This document shows, piece after piece, positions 46,315 through 57,591 of a DNA stretch of 64,000 bases. Every line of letters begins with the position of its first letter. The first letter of the stretch is position 1. Under the pieces are notes generated by a model, which saw nothing but the letters and a program-made list of their open reading frames with translations, had not been told where the DNA came from and did no database searches. The position numbers and the translations under genes are program-made. Source of the DNA: an uncultured Chlamydiae bacterium (GTDB taxonomy: Bacteria; Chlamydiota; Chlamydiia; Chlamydiales; Parachlamydiaceae); NCBI GenBank assembly GCA_963754655.1, contig CAVWGN010000001.1:2432001-2496000 (forward strand), in the 5' to 3' direction.

Positions 46315-47203
46315 TTTCTGTCTCCTCAGCATGTTTAAGTGTATATTCAAGAGCCTTAAAAGCATCTTCTCGTGTTTCCCAAACCGAAATAAAACGTCCT
46401 TTGTGGCAAAACACAGCCCCAGGAATGCCAGAGACTTTCTTTAAATCGTCGTTAAGCAACCCAGCCCATTGCTTGGGCTGTGGCAAACGCACCTTCATAC
46501 GATCTTGATAAGTTGGCGGAATTCCACGTAATTTCCAATGATTACCTGAAGGCATAATCACAAAAAGAGCAGGATGATCAGCCCCCTCAAGCTCAAAAAA
46601 GATTTCAAGCCAGGGAAGACTTTGATCAAAAATTAAACATTCCTGCGACTTTTCCATGCAATCAGATACAATTTGTCGGCAAGATTGCGTATATTGAAAT
46701 CGCTTCCATAAACGTTGAAGATGCTCAAAAGCAAACTTAAGAGCTTGATGAAAGGCCTGATTTTGTTCTTCAGCCGAGCAATCGTAACGAATGGGAGTAA
46801 AATTTGAAATGATATGAGAAAATGAACAATAGCCAGGCAGAAGGGGGTCCCTCCCATTATCATGAGCATCTACTCCCATTACCAAAGAGTGATTAAAAAA
46901 ATCATACTCATTGAATTTCAGAATGTTCATTGATTGAAGGTAGCGTAGAACCATTCCAGCACTACTTAAAGGCCCTTGATAATCGACTTGATGATGATCG
47001 AATAATTTCTGATCGGGATCATAAATTCCCCCAACATCGCAGACATATTCGCAACTTGCCAACGTATTTAAATCACGCGTGCGAATAATTTTGTCCTCAT
47101 CAATTAAATTAAAAAGCATGAGCAGCGCACATGCTGTAATCTCATCAGCATGAAAGGTCCCATCATGGGTGCCACAAGTGCGTAAAATTTTTTGCATATT
47201 CAT
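46250..47203 (-). CDS. MYG1 family protein
   Basis: THDGTFHADE, DVGG, FDHHQ, LSSAG and FCHKGRF. Confidence 0.93.
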   Translation of the reverse strand: MNMQKILRTCGTHDGTFHADEITACALLMLFNLIDEDKIIRTRDLNTLASCEYVCDVGGIYDPDQKLFDHHQVDYQGPLSSAGMVLRYLQSMNILKFNEYDFFNHSLVMGVDAHDNGRDPLLPGYCSFSHIISNFTPIRYDCSAEEQNQAFHQALKFAFEHLQRLWKRFQYTQSCRQIVSDCMEKSQECLIFDQSLPWLEIFFELEGADHPALFVIMPSGNHWKLRGIPPTYQDRMKVRLPQPKQWAGLLNDDLKKVSGIPGAVFCHKGRFISVWETREDAFKALEYTLKHAEETENDNSFWKNYQRRAASRKSLRE

Positions 47204-47843
47204 GTCAATAAAGCGTTTATCCCCTTATGCATCTTCCGTTCAACTTGACTGGAAGGAGCATAAATCGTATAACCTAATAGTTTCAGGGCGAACTTTAAAA
47301 GTATAACGACTGCAAAAAACAAAATTAAAAGTCAATTATGACACAAAATTAATTTCAGAAAAAGATAAAATCTTTCCCAACTACTTTTTTGATTCATTTC
47401 AGAGCCTCTTATCAATTTTCACTTATCAACAATCTTGCCTTTGTCAAATAAAACTTTCTTAAAAAAAATTTCCTTTCAATACAAGGGAGTAAATATCATT
47501 CACTTTATTAATCTTCAGGCACTTAGTAAACTTATTTTTTTTTAAGCAGACTTTCCGTCCCTCTAATTTGAAGCCCTTGTCTCTTGCTCTCATTTCTCTA
47601 TAAACAACTTATTTTAAAAAAATCCACAATTTTGAGGGTTTATTGTTAAAGAAATCTAAAATTAGGCATAAAAAAGGCATACTTATTAAGAAAGAAAAAG
47701 AAGAGATAGAGAGAGAACTTCATTTTTTTGAATCAAGATTTCTATTGCAAATATAGGCGCAAAGGTTTCATCTTAAAGTTCTAAGAACAAAGGAAGAGGT
47801 TTTTAGCAAGTGGACTATCTGAAGGGAACGACCTCCTATTTTT

Positions 47844-49973
47844 ATGAGAATGCAAATGGAAGATTTTTTAGACCCGCATCAATACGATTTAGCAACACCT
47901 GATGGTTCTATTACAGATCTAAGTTATCTTAATGAACGTACAGCTCAAGCGACTATTTTCATTCAAAATATTTCTTCCAAATTTGTTGGATTCCAAATTG
48001 ATGTACAATCCATTTTTTTTAATATTAAAAGCACACTTGCTCAGCTCGGGATCACGGGAAAAGGCTTAGCCTATGAACTTGACTTAAAAAATCAATGCGC
48101 ACAGGTGCAAGTGCAGCTTGAAGCATTGGGACCTATTGCGATTGAGATGTTAAAGCTTTTACAAGTGGGCTCTGCCATTGGCAAACTATTTGCCGCTGAT
48201 GAGCGACGGAGAGTGCGCGATCCTGATTATATTGCCCGTATGTTTGGACGTTCGGACCGTTGGGGCAAGCCTCTTCTTTCTTTAGGGGGTCTACACGGAA
48301 GCAATGATTTAATTTTAGATCGGGTAGATGGCCGAGCAATTGCTTTTTTGACATTGCAAAATGGAAGAATTGATTACGATGCTTCAATTTATGGCTTTCT
48401 TCCTACTCTTGCTAAAGCACTAGTAGCGAATACAAAGATGCGCGATATTTTGCGGTTGCATCAAGAGTGGAAACCTCTCGTTCCACGCAATGTCAATGAA
48501 AATGAAATTCTTCTAGTCCGTACGCTACCTTTGCATATTCGCACAGTTTTTGCCCGCGTCGTGAATGAATTGCTTTCGCCGGGTTATTATCACACCACGG
48601 CCTCTATTTTGCAGCCTGATACTTGTGCTTCTGGAGATATCTATGAGCTTTTTGGTAAAAGCAAACGCGAAATTACAGACATTCCTTTAGAATTTTACAC
48701 CTTAGAACCTTATCGCGAATATGTTTTCTTTTCAGATCGAGATCAACTTCAAACCTGCCTTGAAGATAGCAAGGTACTTTTCGATGCTTTTGAGACCGCA
48801 CCAAAACCATTGGACCATCGAGCAGCGGTCTATATTGTAAAGGCGCACCAGCTCAAAAATCTGACGCCTGAGGACTGGATTGTGCGTGAACCACGTCTGC
48901 ATGAATTCCCAGGCCTTCTTCACAGCACGCGACAGGCCTTAATGGTAGAACGCTATATTGAACAGCAACCTTCATATCCCTTTTTAAAGAACATTGATAA
49001 TGGAACTATTACGAGTCAGGGAATTCTATTAACTCGTTATTTTCCCTCGCCTTTGATGAAACGTATGCTTTTGAGCGATCAAGTACAAAGATGTCTGAAA
49101 GGAATCTATTTTCTTTACCCTTCCTTTTCCAATCTTAACTTCTTTTCATCCGAGGATCGAGCACTCTTGCACGACTTAGACAAATTCGCTATTCCGGTTT
49201 ATTGGGTTGATAAGGCAAGTGAACAAATTTTGCAATATGCACAAAAACCCGAACGAGACTCGGGGCTTTTTGTTCCTGTTCATAACGTGGAAACTTTTCT
49301 AAAATCTACGGTTTTTGGCATTTACGGTTCTAATCTAATGGCTGGCCAATTTGAAAAGCAATTGCGGACGCTTTTTCAAGGGATTTTAGACATGCGTTCT
49401 CAAAGCCATCATCCTCTTCTTAATAAGAATACTCCCCTTTCTCTTGTAACGGGAGGAGGTCCCGGGGCGATGGAAATTGGCAATCAAGTGGCAAAAGAGC
49501 TGCATATTCTTTCCTGTGCAAACATTGTTGACTTCCGTGCCAAGGAGGGGGACCCAGTCATCAATGAACAATTGCAAAATCCTTATATCGAAGCTAAAAT
49601 GACCTATCGTTTGGATAAACTTGTCGAACGCCAAGCAGAGTTTAATTTAGATTTCCCCATTTTTCTGACTGGGGGAATTGGAACTGACTTTGAGTATGCT
49701 TTAGAAGAAGTGAGACGCAAAGTGGGATCGGTCATGATTACTCCCATTTTACTTTTTGGCGATGTCGCTTATTGGAAAGAAAAAATCACTAGCCGTTTCG
49801 AATGCAATTTGAGGACCGGAACAATTAAAGGATCAGAATGGGTAAGCAATTGTTTCTTTTGTATTCAGACGGCTGAACAAGGCCTTAAAGTTTACCGTGA
49901 ATATTTCCAAGGAACATTACCCATTGGAAAGAGTGGTCCGATCTACGAAGAGGGATTTGTTCAGGTGACTTAA
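47844..49973 (+). CDS. Conserved chlamydial protein with a C-terminal LOG-family domain
   Basis: TGGGPGAME and GGIGTDFE motifs. Lies next to MYG1/HIT as in other chlamydiae. Confidence 0.85.
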   Translation: MRMQMEDFLDPHQYDLATPDGSITDLSYLNERTAQATIFIQNISSKFVGFQIDVQSIFFNIKSTLAQLGITGKGLAYELDLKNQCAQVQVQLEALGPIAIEMLKLLQVGSAIGKLFAADERRRVRDPDYIARMFGRSDRWGKPLLSLGGLHGSNDLILDRVDGRAIAFLTLQNGRIDYDASIYGFLPTLAKALVANTKMRDILRLHQEWKPLVPRNVNENEILLVRTLPLHIRTVFARVVNELLSPGYYHTTASILQPDTCASGDIYELFGKSKREITDIPLEFYTLEPYREYVFFSDRDQLQTCLEDSKVLFDAFETAPKPLDHRAAVYIVKAHQLKNLTPEDWIVREPRLHEFPGLLHSTRQALMVERYIEQQPSYPFLKNIDNGTITSQGILLTRYFPSPLMKRMLLSDQVQRCLKGIYFLYPSFSNLNFFSSEDRALLHDLDKFAIPVYWVDKASEQILQYAQKPERDSGLFVPVHNVETFLKSTVFGIYGSNLMAGQFEKQLRTLFQGILDMRSQSHHPLLNKNTPLSLVTGGGPGAMEIGNQVAKELHILSCANIVDFRAKEGDPVINEQLQNPYIEAKMTYRLDKLVERQAEFNLDFPIFLTGGIGTDFEYALEEVRRKVGSVMITPILLFGDVAYWKEKITSRFECNLRTGTIKGSEWVSNCFFCIQTAEQGLKVYREYFQGTLPIGKSGPIYEEGFVQVT

Positions 49974-50459
49974 ATCAACCCAATCTTTCTGGGAAGAGCC
50001 ACCGTGAACTGCATCTAGTACTCAACCACACTAGTTTTGTGTATTTAGACTGCTTCAAAGCCCCAGGGTAGGGTGTTCATTTTGTGCAAAAAATGAGCTT
50101 TATTTTTCACAATAATTGGCATAGTTAAATTGAAGGTCGCATGTTTATGCCGTCCTTTCAGGACTCGATGTCTTGTTGATAGAACCCAGGCCTCCGCTTC
50201 GCTGCGACCTGGGCTGTAACATGACGGCCCTTCAGGCCTTAACAAAAAGACGATTTCGGGGCTATAAAAGAGGGACTTAAACATCTCTTGTTAAGGCCTG
50301 AAGGGCCGTCATGATAGAACCCAGGCCTCCGCTTCGCTGCGACCTGGGCTGTAACATGACGGCCCTTCAGGCCTTAACAAAAAGATGATTTAAGGGCTAT
50401 AAAAGAGGGACTTAAACATCTCTTGTTAAGGCCTGAAGGGCCGTCATGTTACAGCCCAG

Positions 50460-51299
50460 GGCGTGTTTGAAAAACATTACCAATGTGTGATATAAATTAT
50501 AATAAACGCAATTATAACCACTCCTCTAAATATTTTTCCTAACTTATCGTAACGAGTAGCAATTCGTCTAAAAGTTTTTAGTTTTTGGAAAAAATTCTCC
50601 ACAACCTTTCTTTTTTTATACAAACGCTTGCTATAGGGAATTTCATCAGTTCTCTTTGGGTGACTTGGAATGACAGCTCGTTCCTTTCTTTTCATTAAAT
50701 AGTATCTAATTTCATCTGTATCATAAGCTAGATCTGCTATAACATTTTTTGCTCGTTTCCCATTTAATAGAGATTTAGCAAATAAATTATCATTTCTATT
50801 TCCAGGAGCAATTTTTACTTTTAATGGTTGCCCTTCAGCATTAACTACAACATGAATTCTTGTTGACCAACCACCTTGTGTCTTTCCAATTCCATTAAAT
50901 GTTTTTCCTCCAAAACCTCCCATTGCATTTTGATGTACTTTAACACTTGTAGAATCAATAATATGTGATTCGTGGGATGCATTTTTTTTTCAAAACACTC
51001 CAAATTTTTGACCAAGTTCCATTTAAGGTCCAGTTATGCATTCTTGAATAGATCGTTTGCCAGTGGCCAAATTCAGGGGGCATATCTCTCCAAGGAGCTC
51101 CCGTTCTTATAGACCATAAAATCCCTTCTATTACCAACCGATCATTTTTTCTAGGTCTTCCCTGTTTACCTGTTTGCGAAGGTAATAATGGACTTAGCTT
51201 CTCCCAGTCCTTATCTTTTAAAAACATTCTAGTCATAAACACCTCCTATGGGTCCCTACAACTATTATTATATCATAAATAATCTTTTTAAAACACGCC
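50460..51299 (-). mobile_element. IS5-family (IS427-like) insertion sequence, ~840 bp
   Basis: TIRs GGCGTGTTTGAAAAA / TTTTTAAAACACGCC. CCAG is duplicated (or CA, if the TIR is taken 1 nt longer). Two ORFs. Confidence 0.9.
50477..51242 (-). CDS. IS5-family transposase split into two frames at an A9 run
   Basis: OrfA has GRPRKNDR...TGAPWRDMP. The OrfB frame has IIDSTSVKVHQ, IADLAYD and VENFFQKLKTFRRIATRYDK. Confidence 0.88.
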
Positions 51300-51748
51300 C
51301 CAGGTCGCAGCGAAGCGGAGGCCTGGGTTCTATCATGACGGCCCTTCAGGCCTTAACAAGAGATGTTTAAGTCCCTCTTTTATAGCCCCGAAATCGTCTT
51401 TTTGTTAAGGCCTGAAGGGCCGTCATGTTACAGCCCAGGTCGCAGCGAAGCGGAGGCCTGGGTTCTATCAAAAAGACATCGAGTCCTGAAAGGACGGCAT
51501 AAACATGCGACCTTCAATTCAACTATGCCAATTATTGTGAAAAATAAAGCTCATTTTTTGCACAAAATGAACACCCTAACCCAGACGATGCCCTGGGTTA
51601 GATTAGCCCTCATCATGTAGTCTGAAGGACTACATGAGAATCATCTCACCCCAACTCGGGCTTTGAAGCAGTCCAAATAAGCAAAATTAATGTGGTTGAG
51701 TAATAGATACGTTAAGCTAAGAGAGGTTCCCCGGAGGGAGGACCTCTC

Positions 51749-53689
51749 TTAGCTTATATTGATAGGGTCTTCTTGAGCAAGATGCGGATGATGCAACATT
51801 TCCCACATACGTCGAAAACCGGGACAATTTTTCAATAGCTCTTCTTTAGTTCCTTCTGCAATTTTTTCTCCCTTTTCCAAGTAGATGATTTTATCTGCAT
51901 CTTCAATGGTAGATAGGCGATGAGCAATAATAATTTGAGTGACTTTGCCATGCAATTCTCCTAATGCACGCTTAATATGATTTTCGCTAATTGCATCTAG
52001 TGACGAAGTGGCCTCATCCAAAATTAAAATAGGTGCTTTTTTCACAAGAGCTCGTGCAATAGCTAGACGTTGTTGTTGACCACCCGATAAATTTTTACCT
52101 GTTTCAAGCAAAACCGTCTGATATCCCTGAGGAAGATACTGGATGAATTCATCTGCATGTGATTGACGAGCCGCCTGTTGAATCTCTTCCAAAGAAAAGG
52201 AACGACCGAAGGCGATATTTTCTGAGATTGTATCTAAAAATAAAAATGGCTTTTGAGGGACAAAGGCAATATTTTCGCGTAGCGACTTTTGGGTATAAGA
52301 TTGCAATGGATATCCATCAATACGAATTTCTCCTTGTTGAACATCATAAAGGCGCGGCAGTAATTGGACAATGGTCGACTTGCCTGATCCAGTAGGACCT
52401 ACAATAGCCACCTTTTCCCCTCGACGCACCTTAAAACTGATTCCTCTTAAAACCCACTGGCTTTGATAGCGAAACCACACATTTTCAAATTCAATCGCAT
52501 CATGAAAGTTTTGAAGTGTCAGAGCTTCACTGCTATCTTTAATATCAGGTTGTAGATAAAGAACTTCTTGCATCCGTTCAGCAGCTGCAATCCCGCGCTG
52601 AATATGTGTATTCTCCTCCGCAAATTTTTTGATCGGTTCATAAAAGACATAAAGAAGCCCACAATAGACCAAAACTTCTGAGACATTCATTTGAAGAATA
52701 TAGAGTCCATACAAAAGAGCTGTTGCTAAGAAAAACATGCCGATTGTATGGACAATGGGGCGTGATGATAAATCATAGCGAGCACTTTTTTGTTCTAATG
52801 TCGCCATCTTATTATTTTGTTCACGATATTTTTTTAAAGAAAAGTCTTCCATGGCAAACACTTTGACAGTTTGAATTCCAGCTAGAAAATCAATAAGCAC
52901 AGAAGCAAATGTTTCCTGATTTTTTTGGATTTGCTTAGAAATACGCTTGACGCGACGCGCTAAGAAAATAATGGGACCAATAATGAGAGGAAAGCCCAAA
53001 AAAATGATTAAAGACAGGCGCCATGAAGTGTAAAAACATAAGGTTAAAGTCGAAATGACTGTAAAAGGAGTTTGCAGGTAATTAACTAAGCAAGCATTGA
53101 GTGCTTCAGCCACCAAAGCAGCATCTCCTACCACCCGGGATGAAAGAGTGCCCATATTATACTGGTGATAAAATTCCATGGGCAAAGCTTGAATATGTTC
53201 AAAATAGGCCTGGCGCAAATCTCGGCTGATCCGAATTGCTACAAGCCGTGAGGAAAAACGCTGACAAAACAAAGAAATCGCTTTAAAGAAAGCCACGATG
53301 ACAATAAATAAAGCTAAGGCTTGTAAACTAGTCCCAATGGGAATCCAATAATCCACTATATGAATCACTTTTTCAACAAGATCCGCCCCTTTATACTGCG
53401 TCAAAAATCGCCCTGTCTCTTCCCTTGTGACTTTGCCTTGCTGTTGTTGATCTATTTCTTGCCAACGTGTTTGGACATCACTCCAACTCACCTCTTGATT
53501 TTTTTGTAATTTCCCGTCTTGAATAGGAGCAAATAATTCAAAAAAATCAGGTCCCTTGCGCGTCATAATTCCTAGCGCGACGACTTCAAGCTGAGAAGCA
53601 AGCGTAAGAAGAATCATAGCAATAATGGAAAAAACAATGAGAAGTTGATTTTGCCGCGCTAAAAGAGCGGTTTGAAGTAAGCGTCGCAT
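51749..53689 (-). CDS. msbA: ABC transporter permease/ATPase, MsbA-like
   Basis: GPTGSGKS, LSGGQQQR and ILDEATS. Adjacent to accA as in chlamydiae. Confidence 0.85.
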   Translation of the reverse strand: MRRLLQTALLARQNQLLIVFSIIAMILLTLASQLEVVALGIMTRKGPDFFELFAPIQDGKLQKNQEVSWSDVQTRWQEIDQQQQGKVTREETGRFLTQYKGADLVEKVIHIVDYWIPIGTSLQALALFIVIVAFFKAISLFCQRFSSRLVAIRISRDLRQAYFEHIQALPMEFYHQYNMGTLSSRVVGDAALVAEALNACLVNYLQTPFTVISTLTLCFYTSWRLSLIIFLGFPLIIGPIIFLARRVKRISKQIQKNQETFASVLIDFLAGIQTVKVFAMEDFSLKKYREQNNKMATLEQKSARYDLSSRPIVHTIGMFFLATALLYGLYILQMNVSEVLVYCGLLYVFYEPIKKFAEENTHIQRGIAAAERMQEVLYLQPDIKDSSEALTLQNFHDAIEFENVWFRYQSQWVLRGISFKVRRGEKVAIVGPTGSGKSTIVQLLPRLYDVQQGEIRIDGYPLQSYTQKSLRENIAFVPQKPFLFLDTISENIAFGRSFSLEEIQQAARQSHADEFIQYLPQGYQTVLLETGKNLSGGQQQRLAIARALVKKAPILILDEATSSLDAISENHIKRALGELHGKVTQIIIAHRLSTIEDADKIIYLEKGEKIAEGTKEELLKNCPGFRRMWEMLHHPHLAQEDPINIS

Positions 53690-53690
53690 T

Positions 53691-54641
53691 TTAACTCTCT
53701 ACATATTGTCCCATCTGACGAAACTTAAGATAACGCTGCTCAAGAAGCAAAGGCAATGGAATGCGTCGGAGAATATTCCACTGCTCAAGAATAAAGTGCT
53801 TGACGTTTTGATAAGTTTGATGAGGATCATGATGCGCTCCTCCTAAAGGCTCTTGAATAATGGCATCAATAATCTTAAGCTCCAACAAGTTTTCGGCATT
53901 AAGCTTGAGACTGGAGGCTGCTTCAACGTTTTTAGAGGGATCTTTCCATAAAATGGACGCACATCCTTCGGGTGAAATAACCGAATAGTACGAATGTTCT
54001 AACATTCCAATGACATCGCCGACTCCCATTCCAAGCGCGCCACCTGAACATCCTTCTCCAATCACTATCACAATAATAGGCGTCTTAATGCGAGCCATTT
54101 CGCGTAAATTATGTGCAATAGCCCATCCCTGCCCCCTTTCTTCGGCTTCCAAACCTGGATAAGCACCCGGAGTATCGAGAAGAGAAATCACTGGAAGTTG
54201 GAATTTCTCAGCTAGTTTCATCAGACGCAAAGCTTTGCGAAACCCTTCTGGATTCAGCATACCAAAGTTGCGATAGACGCGGCTTTCTGTATCATGTCCT
54301 TTTTCTTGCCCAATCACAACACATTTGACTCCTCCAATAGTGGCAAAACCTCCTACCATGGAATGATCATCACTAAAAGTGCGATCTCCCGCCAATTCTA
54401 TAAACTTTTCACACATAGAGGTAAAGAAGTTGAGAGCGTGAGGCCGACCAGGATGTCGGCAAATGAGAACACGTTGCCAAGGAGTGAGTTCAGAGTACAC
54501 TTGTTGTTTGAGTTTTTCAAGTTTCTGCTCGAGCTTGCGAATCTCCGCCTTAAAAATGGGATTATCTTGACTCTGTTTTTTCAAATGTTCGATTGTTTTG
54601 ATATACTCCTGAATTTGCTTTTCATGGGGTAAAATATCCAA
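53691..54641 (-). CDS. accA: Acetyl-CoA carboxylase carboxyltransferase subunit alpha
   Basis: [16 protein letters not shown] and [13 protein letters not shown]. Confidence 0.97.
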   Translation of the reverse strand: MDILPHEKQIQEYIKTIEHLKKQSQDNPIFKAEIRKLEQKLEKLKQQVYSELTPWQRVLICRHPGRPHALNFFTSMCEKFIELAGDRTFSDDHSMVGGFATIGGVKCVVIGQEKGHDTESRVYRNFGMLNPEGFRKALRLMKLAEKFQLPVISLLDTPGAYPGLEAEERGQGWAIAHNLREMARIKTPIIVIVIGEGCSGGALGMGVGDVIGMLEHSYYSVISPEGCASILWKDPSKNVEAASSLKLNAENLLELKIIDAIIQEPLGGAHHDPHQTYQNVKHFILEQWNILRRIPLPLLLEQRYLKFRQMGQYVES

Positions 54642-54664
54642 TCCTCAACTCCTTTCTTATATTT

Positions 54665-55657
54665 TCAAGGATTTATATCCATTAGCGACGACTCGAAAAA
54701 ATCGCGCACAATTTCAATGGTCGTTGGTCTACTAATGATAATGGCAAATAATTCCTCTATATCCGGCGTAGCAAGGCGAATACATCCATCACTTTCATAT
54801 TTTCCTATACCGGTAGAACTATCCACTAACTCTCCTTGAGAGCTTTTCATCCAAGGGGTTCCGTGAATACCAAAACCTTTAGCAGGTAACGTACAGTTTC
54901 CCACTTCTTTTTCAAAAGGAATCCAACGGGTTCCAAAAACTGTGATCATTTCAGCCTTTTTGCCCTGATAATTCCCCATTGTCTTTGGTTTAAAGATTGC
55001 CACTCGGCTACCTAAGGCATATTTTCCCAAAGGAGTTAAAAGTCCTGAGGTTTTAGAGGAATCAAGCCTTCCTAGGCCAACCTGATAAGTTTTTAACAAC
55101 GTCTTTTGTTTAGTATCTAAATCAACATAATAAAACCACATGCGACAGCGCGAAGTATCGACAACAAGATGAAATTCAAAATTTTTGTCTGTCCGCAAAA
55201 TATTAAATTTATGCCCTTCTGCTAACTCTTGCTTTAAATAATCAGGTTTGCCATTCAAACTACGCGCAATAAAGTGGCGTGATGTGTGGTAATGATTGGC
55301 ATAATCTGATAGCCATGCAGGCCTCCCCTTTTGCCAAGGAACATGACTTTTATAGGTAATTGTCTCCACAATGGGGAGTTTTGGCCCACTTTTATTAAAT
55401 AATTCTTCAATTCGATTGGCATCGGGCAAATGACCTGAAACGACTGTTTGTCCTCTTTCTGAAAGGGCAACAAATGGATGAGGTGCAGTAGCAGCCGGCA
55501 TTACCGCTTGAATTTCTTGATCGAGCTCAACTTCTATAGGAACTTGAGGGAATGCAGAAGCGATAGACGTTGCTGGCTCTCGTTTAAAAAAAGCGACAAT
55601 TCCAATAATTCCAAATAATAAAAGCGATACGATGGCAACTAGTTTAGGTAAACTCAT
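54665..55657 (-). CDS. Membrane-anchored L,D-transpeptidase (YkuD-like) domain protein
   Basis: N-terminal TM. TPLG, FGTRWI and GIHGT...SDGCIRL catalytic motif. Confidence 0.85.
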   Translation of the reverse strand: MSLPKLVAIVSLLLFGIIGIVAFFKREPATSIASAFPQVPIEVELDQEIQAVMPAATAPHPFVALSERGQTVVSGHLPDANRIEELFNKSGPKLPIVETITYKSHVPWQKGRPAWLSDYANHYHTSRHFIARSLNGKPDYLKQELAEGHKFNILRTDKNFEFHLVVDTSRCRMWFYYVDLDTKQKTLLKTYQVGLGRLDSSKTSGLLTPLGKYALGSRVAIFKPKTMGNYQGKKAEMITVFGTRWIPFEKEVGNCTLPAKGFGIHGTPWMKSSQGELVDSSTGIGKYESDGCIRLATPDIEELFAIIISRPTTIEIVRDFFESSLMDINP

Positions 55658-55945
55658 AGCCTAAGTCCTTTATTCATTAAAATTAAAGAATGTAACAGAA
55701 ATTTGCTGAAGGTCGGCTATTATGATAAAAGGTTGTGGTGTTTTTGCCAAGTTACAAAGCAAGAAAGAAGAGATAGGATAAAAAATAATTTAAGGAGTCT
55801 CTTCTAAAGTACGTTGTACTTCAATAAGAGCATCGCACATTTGTTCTGATAACAAATTCTCACCTCCCTCCATCTCATTTAATCATTAGACCTGATTGAT
55901 TTAAAATAGTCTCTAGAAAAATTTTAACTATAAAAAAGGTTTAAT

Positions 55946-57481
55946 TTATCGAGGAGGCCCAATATGCCATTGATAATGGCAATGATCAGCGGTCATATGA
56001 TAAGCAACTAGAAAATCTGCTCCCCAGAAATTATCTCCACCCGCCAGTGGAATCACTTGCATTCTTCCTTTAATGGAAAGAAGGCTAAGCTCTAATTGAT
56101 TGTCATGACCTTCTAATAAAAGCGAGTGCGTTTCTCCATCATAACTTCCTAAAGTGCGAGGATACAAAACTTGAGATTGGATTTTGCATTGAGCTGCTTT
56201 GACAAAGAAACTAAAGGCCACGGAGTCCCATCCATCAAGTCCCAAAAAGGTTGTCTTTAAATGAAAATGCGGTTTTTTAAATTCTTGCACAACTTCCAAC
56301 CAAATTCCACGAAATTGCCCGACTTTAAAAGGCGAGGAAGAAGGCTGATCCACCATCCGAGTACACCCCTTTAAAACAAACGAGCCGCGCCGCCATTCAA
56401 TCATTGAACGTCTCATGCCATGATCACAGAGAGCATTTCCTTCGATGCCAAAACCTTGACATTCTCCTAAAGGCAAATACTGTGGGCCATAACTAATGAT
56501 TTCAATATCACCTTGCCGTAACATCCCTAATCCTGTATGCTCTCCATGCAAGGTGCATACAATATGGTAAGAAGAAGAGCGATATCCAGCTAAAGCTGTC
56601 GAAGGATCATAAATATGTTCTGATAACTCTAGAGAAGTATGAGATAAGATCTGATGATGATGCTCAAGCCATTTTTCAATCAATACCCATAGAGGATCCA
56701 TTTTTTCTCTCGTTTTCTCTACACGCTCTTGAATCCCTTTCATGACAATTTCGGCTATAGCAGCGAAGGGAGTCTCTTGGCTTAAAAGAGCCGCACTTCG
56801 AAAGAGTAAATAGCTTAAACAGCACTGTTGAAGTGTTTTTCCCTCTTTTTCACGTACAAAAAGCCCTGCTAATGGCTTTGCCTCAGTATCTAAGGTATTC
56901 AGCTGCCAATGTGCAATCCGCAACACTGTTTCTTGCAGATCTTGCCGTTTGGTCAATAAAGTCAATAGACAAAGAAAAATGCCAAATTCAAAATGATGAG
57001 GAGTATAGGGCAACGATAGCCAAGGACAATACTCATACAAATCGATAAGGGCAGCTCCACTTTCCAATAGATGCGGCCCTACTTCAGGGATGGGCATCTT
57101 GGCAAAAGCATGATTCAAAGCCACCAAAGATCTTAAATACTGCGAACTCTGATTCCAAGGGTGACGCTCAAAAAAACGCACCTTTACCGATAGCTCGGAT
57201 GGATGTAATTGAGCAAGATCGCACAAAATATTCACAGCTAAAAGCTGTTTCCAATTTTCAATGGCTTTCTCTTCTTCAAAAAGAGGTTCATGCCATAAAC
57301 ATTCTTCTACGACGTTCTGTGGAGGAATAATGCGAGACTCAAGAAACTGACGGACCATTTGATCAAAATAAGAGGAAGAATTTTCAATCTGAGTGAAATA
57401 AAGAGATTGAAGAGAACAAAGCTCCAACATGTTGATGTGATCCAATTTTTCTATGAACCTCTTGCATCCTAATAGGTTCAT
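55946..57481 (-). CDS. Hypothetical protein
   Basis: 511-aa intact ORF with no recognised motif. Confidence 0.8.
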   Translation of the reverse strand: MNLLGCKRFIEKLDHINMLELCSLQSLYFTQIENSSSYFDQMVRQFLESRIIPPQNVVEECLWHEPLFEEEKAIENWKQLLAVNILCDLAQLHPSELSVKVRFFERHPWNQSSQYLRSLVALNHAFAKMPIPEVGPHLLESGAALIDLYEYCPWLSLPYTPHHFEFGIFLCLLTLLTKRQDLQETVLRIAHWQLNTLDTEAKPLAGLFVREKEGKTLQQCCLSYLLFRSAALLSQETPFAAIAEIVMKGIQERVEKTREKMDPLWVLIEKWLEHHHQILSHTSLELSEHIYDPSTALAGYRSSSYHIVCTLHGEHTGLGMLRQGDIEIISYGPQYLPLGECQGFGIEGNALCDHGMRRSMIEWRRGSFVLKGCTRMVDQPSSSPFKVGQFRGIWLEVVQEFKKPHFHLKTTFLGLDGWDSVAFSFFVKAAQCKIQSQVLYPRTLGSYDGETHSLLLEGHDNQLELSLLSIKGRMQVIPLAGGDNFWGADFLVAYHMTADHCHYQWHIGPPR

Positions 57482-57591
57482 CCGCAGATAGTATTGAATA
57501 AAAGAATTAAACTTAAAAGAGCTGCTTCAAGCCTAAACGCTTGTCCCACTCTTTTAAGCGAATTCTTATTGAGTTGACTTTGGAGCAGGCT

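Larger units (their letters stand above)
50071..51576. mobile_element. Fold-back MITE-like REP mosaic (copy 2), interrupted by an IS5-family element
   Basis: Same GGGTGTTCATTTTG...CAAAATGAACACCC termini, TA at 50069-50070 and 51577-51578, and ~310-bp inverted arms. Confidence 0.85.
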
